A DNA stretch of 64,000 nucleotides from Spirochaetia bacterium (lineage in GTDB: Bacteria; Spirochaetota; Spirochaetia; SP-2023), in NCBI GenBank assembly GCA_965263295.1, contig OZ253665.1, positions 1,376,001-1,440,000 of the forward strand, given 5' to 3'. This document shows positions 62,115 through 64,000 of the stretch, piece by piece (position 1 is the first letter of the stretch; each line of letters starts with the position of its first letter). Position numbers and translations under genes: made by a program. The notes under the pieces were generated by a model, which saw only the letters and a program-made list of their open reading frames with translations, was not told the DNA's origin and searched no databases.

Positions 62115-63524
62115 TTAAATATCAAATTTATCTGAAAAGGCCCCCATTATTAAGAAGTATATACCGAGGCCTAGGACGTCAAGCAAAGTGGCTATCAAAG
62201 GCCCAGAAGCAACAGTGGGATTGATCTGGACCAGACTCAACAACAAAGGTATAAAAATTCCGATTAAAGCGGCAAACAATACAACTGCGCCTAGAGACAG
62301 GCTAACTGCCAGATTTCGCAGCCAGGACAAGTCCTGCAAAAAGATATCATTGCGCAAAAAAACCAGACTCCCCATGATTATTCCAAGCACTAGAGCCACT
62401 AGAAACTCTTTGCCTAAAACAGCAAACAGATTGCGGAAACTCAGATTATGGGCGCTGATACTGCGAATAATTAAAACCGAGGACTGACTTCCGACATTGC
62501 CGCCAGTCTGGGTGATCAGCGGGATAAATAATGTTAGTACAGGCACTGCAGCAATAAAACTTTGAAAATGTTGCAACAAATTGCTGGTCAAAGTTCCCAT
62601 AATTAGCAGCAGGACCAACCAGGGCAAACGCTGAGTCAATAGGTAGCCGATGGGCGCCTGCAGGAAGTTGTCCATTAAGTCGGCACGTTGACCGCTCACG
62701 CCACCCAAGTTGCTGATATTCTGGGCCTGTTCCTGACGAATTAAATCCATCACATCGTCAAAAGTCACCAATCCTAGCAAATGTTTGCGCGAATCTACAA
62801 CGGGCACGGCCAAAAGGTCACGTTCTTCCAGTAATTCTATTACTTCTTCTTGCTCAGCATGGCTTTCCACATAATAAAAATCACTGTTCATCACTTGGGC
62901 GAGCAATTGCTGGTCAGCTGCCAGCAACAATTTTTTTAGCGAAATAACCCCTAATAACATGCCTTGTTCGTCAATAATATAATGGTAATAAAAGACCTCT
63001 AGCTCAGCCATTTCCTGGGAGCTACGTATCAAACTTAAAGCTTCGCTAACTTTCATGTCAGCTCGCAGTGTCGAGTAACGGGTGGTCATAATACCCGCAG
63101 CCTGAGTTTCACGGAAAGGCAACAGGAATTTGGTTTCCCTCTGCTCTTTTTCTGGCAGTAAGCGCAGTAAAGTAAAACAGCGCTCTGGCTGGACATGTTG
63201 TAAAATATCCACGCGCTCATCCGGCTCCAATGCCACCAGAGCCTCAATCAGTTCCTCTCGCCTTGTTTCTTGATTGGCACTCAAGGCGTGATAGAGTACC
63301 GCACGCTGTTCTTCTTCCGTCAATTCCAGCAATAAGGCCCCGCGTTTTTCCGGGCTCAACAAGCTCCAGTAACGTTGCTGGGAAACAGAAATTAAAGTGT
63401 TACTACCAACGTTTTCCTCAAATTGCCGCCACAACTCCAGCAACTCATTCAAGCTGCATTCTTCTGTGTGCTGCGACAACAGGCTGGGGTCATCCAGCAA
63501 GCGCATGCTATCTGTATTGGCCAT
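62115..63524 (-). CDS. mgtE: Magnesium transporter MgtE
   Basis: AAGIMT, CBS pair, RLPWL, GGNVGSQS, P.IATL.DV.G. Confidence 0.93.
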   Translation of the reverse strand: MANTDSMRLLDDPSLLSQHTEECSLNELLELWRQFEENVGSNTLISVSQQRYWSLLSPEKRGALLLELTEEEQRAVLYHALSANQETRREELIEALVALEPDERVDILQHVQPERCFTLLRLLPEKEQRETKFLLPFRETQAAGIMTTRYSTLRADMKVSEALSLIRSSQEMAELEVFYYHYIIDEQGMLLGVISLKKLLLAADQQLLAQVMNSDFYYVESHAEQEEVIELLEERDLLAVPVVDSRKHLLGLVTFDDVMDLIRQEQAQNISNLGGVSGQRADLMDNFLQAPIGYLLTQRLPWLVLLLIMGTLTSNLLQHFQSFIAAVPVLTLFIPLITQTGGNVGSQSSVLIIRSISAHNLSFRNLFAVLGKEFLVALVLGIIMGSLVFLRNDIFLQDLSWLRNLAVSLSLGAVVLFAALIGIFIPLLLSLVQINPTVASGPLIATLLDVLGLGIYFLIMGAFSDKFDI

Positions 63525-63609
63525 AGTCTGTTTCCCCTTTACAGCAATAATCGGCGTCAGCCATATACGCAGAGGCCCCTATGGCCTGGCAGAACGAAAC
63601 TCCCCGCAG

Positions 63610-64000
63610 CTAACTGTTGACCCGTTCCTGATATTCCTTGGTCTCCACATTGATACGCAGCTTATCTCCCGTGCGAATAAAAGCGGGAACGCGTACCCGC
63701 AATCCCGTCTCCAAAACGACCTGCTTGGTTACAGCCGTGGCGGTGTCCCCACGCACGGCCTCTTCGGCCTCTACCACCAGCAAATCGACCTTTGGTGGCA
63801 ACTTGACGTCGAGGATTTCCTCGTCCCAGGCAACGATGCGGTACTCTTCGCCTTTGCCCTCGCGCACAAAGTACTGCAAATCAGGCAGCGTGTTCGCAGG
63901 TATCGCAAACTGCTCGTAAGTCTGGCTGTTCATGAAGTAGTAATTTTCTGCGTCTTTATACATGTATTGAGCCCGGAATTCCTCCACATCAATCTGCTCA
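63610..64000 (-). CDS. efp: Elongation factor P, C-terminal part (5' end outside the window)
   Basis: YFMN..TYEQ, VRGDTA, K...LETG....VP.FI..GD...IN.....Y..R. Confidence 0.93.
   Translation of the reverse strand, partial: EQIDVEEFRAQYMYKDAENYYFMNSQTYEQFAIPANTLPDLQYFVREGKGEEYRIVAWDEEILDVKLPPKVDLLVVEAEEAVRGDTATAVTKQVVLETGLRVRVPAFIRTGDKLRINVETKEYQERVNS

Overview
Chromosomal segment of a spirochete (Spirochaetota). The evidence is two flaA sheath genes, a FlaB-type flagellin with the DRIAS motif, a rod-binding-only FlgJ, and an rpsT-HU pair. The left ~8.3 kb looks accessory: an EcoR124-like (type IC) hsdM-hsdS-hsdR locus with a 12-bp TAEL repeat in hsdS, then MFS, alpha/beta-hydrolase and ICMT-family genes. 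The rest is mostly housekeeping: GSIII with a consensus sigma-54 promoter, flaA pair, carAB, tsaB/tsaE, an HD-GYP protein, tRNA-Asn, a gpgS cluster, fliL, leuA, thrE, a TPR protein, flaB, yraN, a GldAFG-like ABC system, bactofilin, HU, rpsT, clpP-clpX-lon, mrp, pyruvate carboxylase, flgJ, argC, tetR, mgtE and partial efp. The most notable observations are: (1) gpgS in a tight operon with a secreted ankyrin protein, a catalytically degenerate M20 protein and a putative lipoprotein, with no canonical gpgP; (2) a 49-codon FlgM-like ORF missing from the ORF track, plus sigma-28 promoters and CsrA sites of a dispersed flagellar regulon; (3) repeat-built acidic extensions on both FlaA proteins; (4) a Ser-rich upstream ORF in front of thrE; (5) many insertions and motif losses in conserved enzymes. 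No CRISPR array, rRNA, transposase or integrase was seen. All assignments come from motif recognition by eye; no database searches were run.
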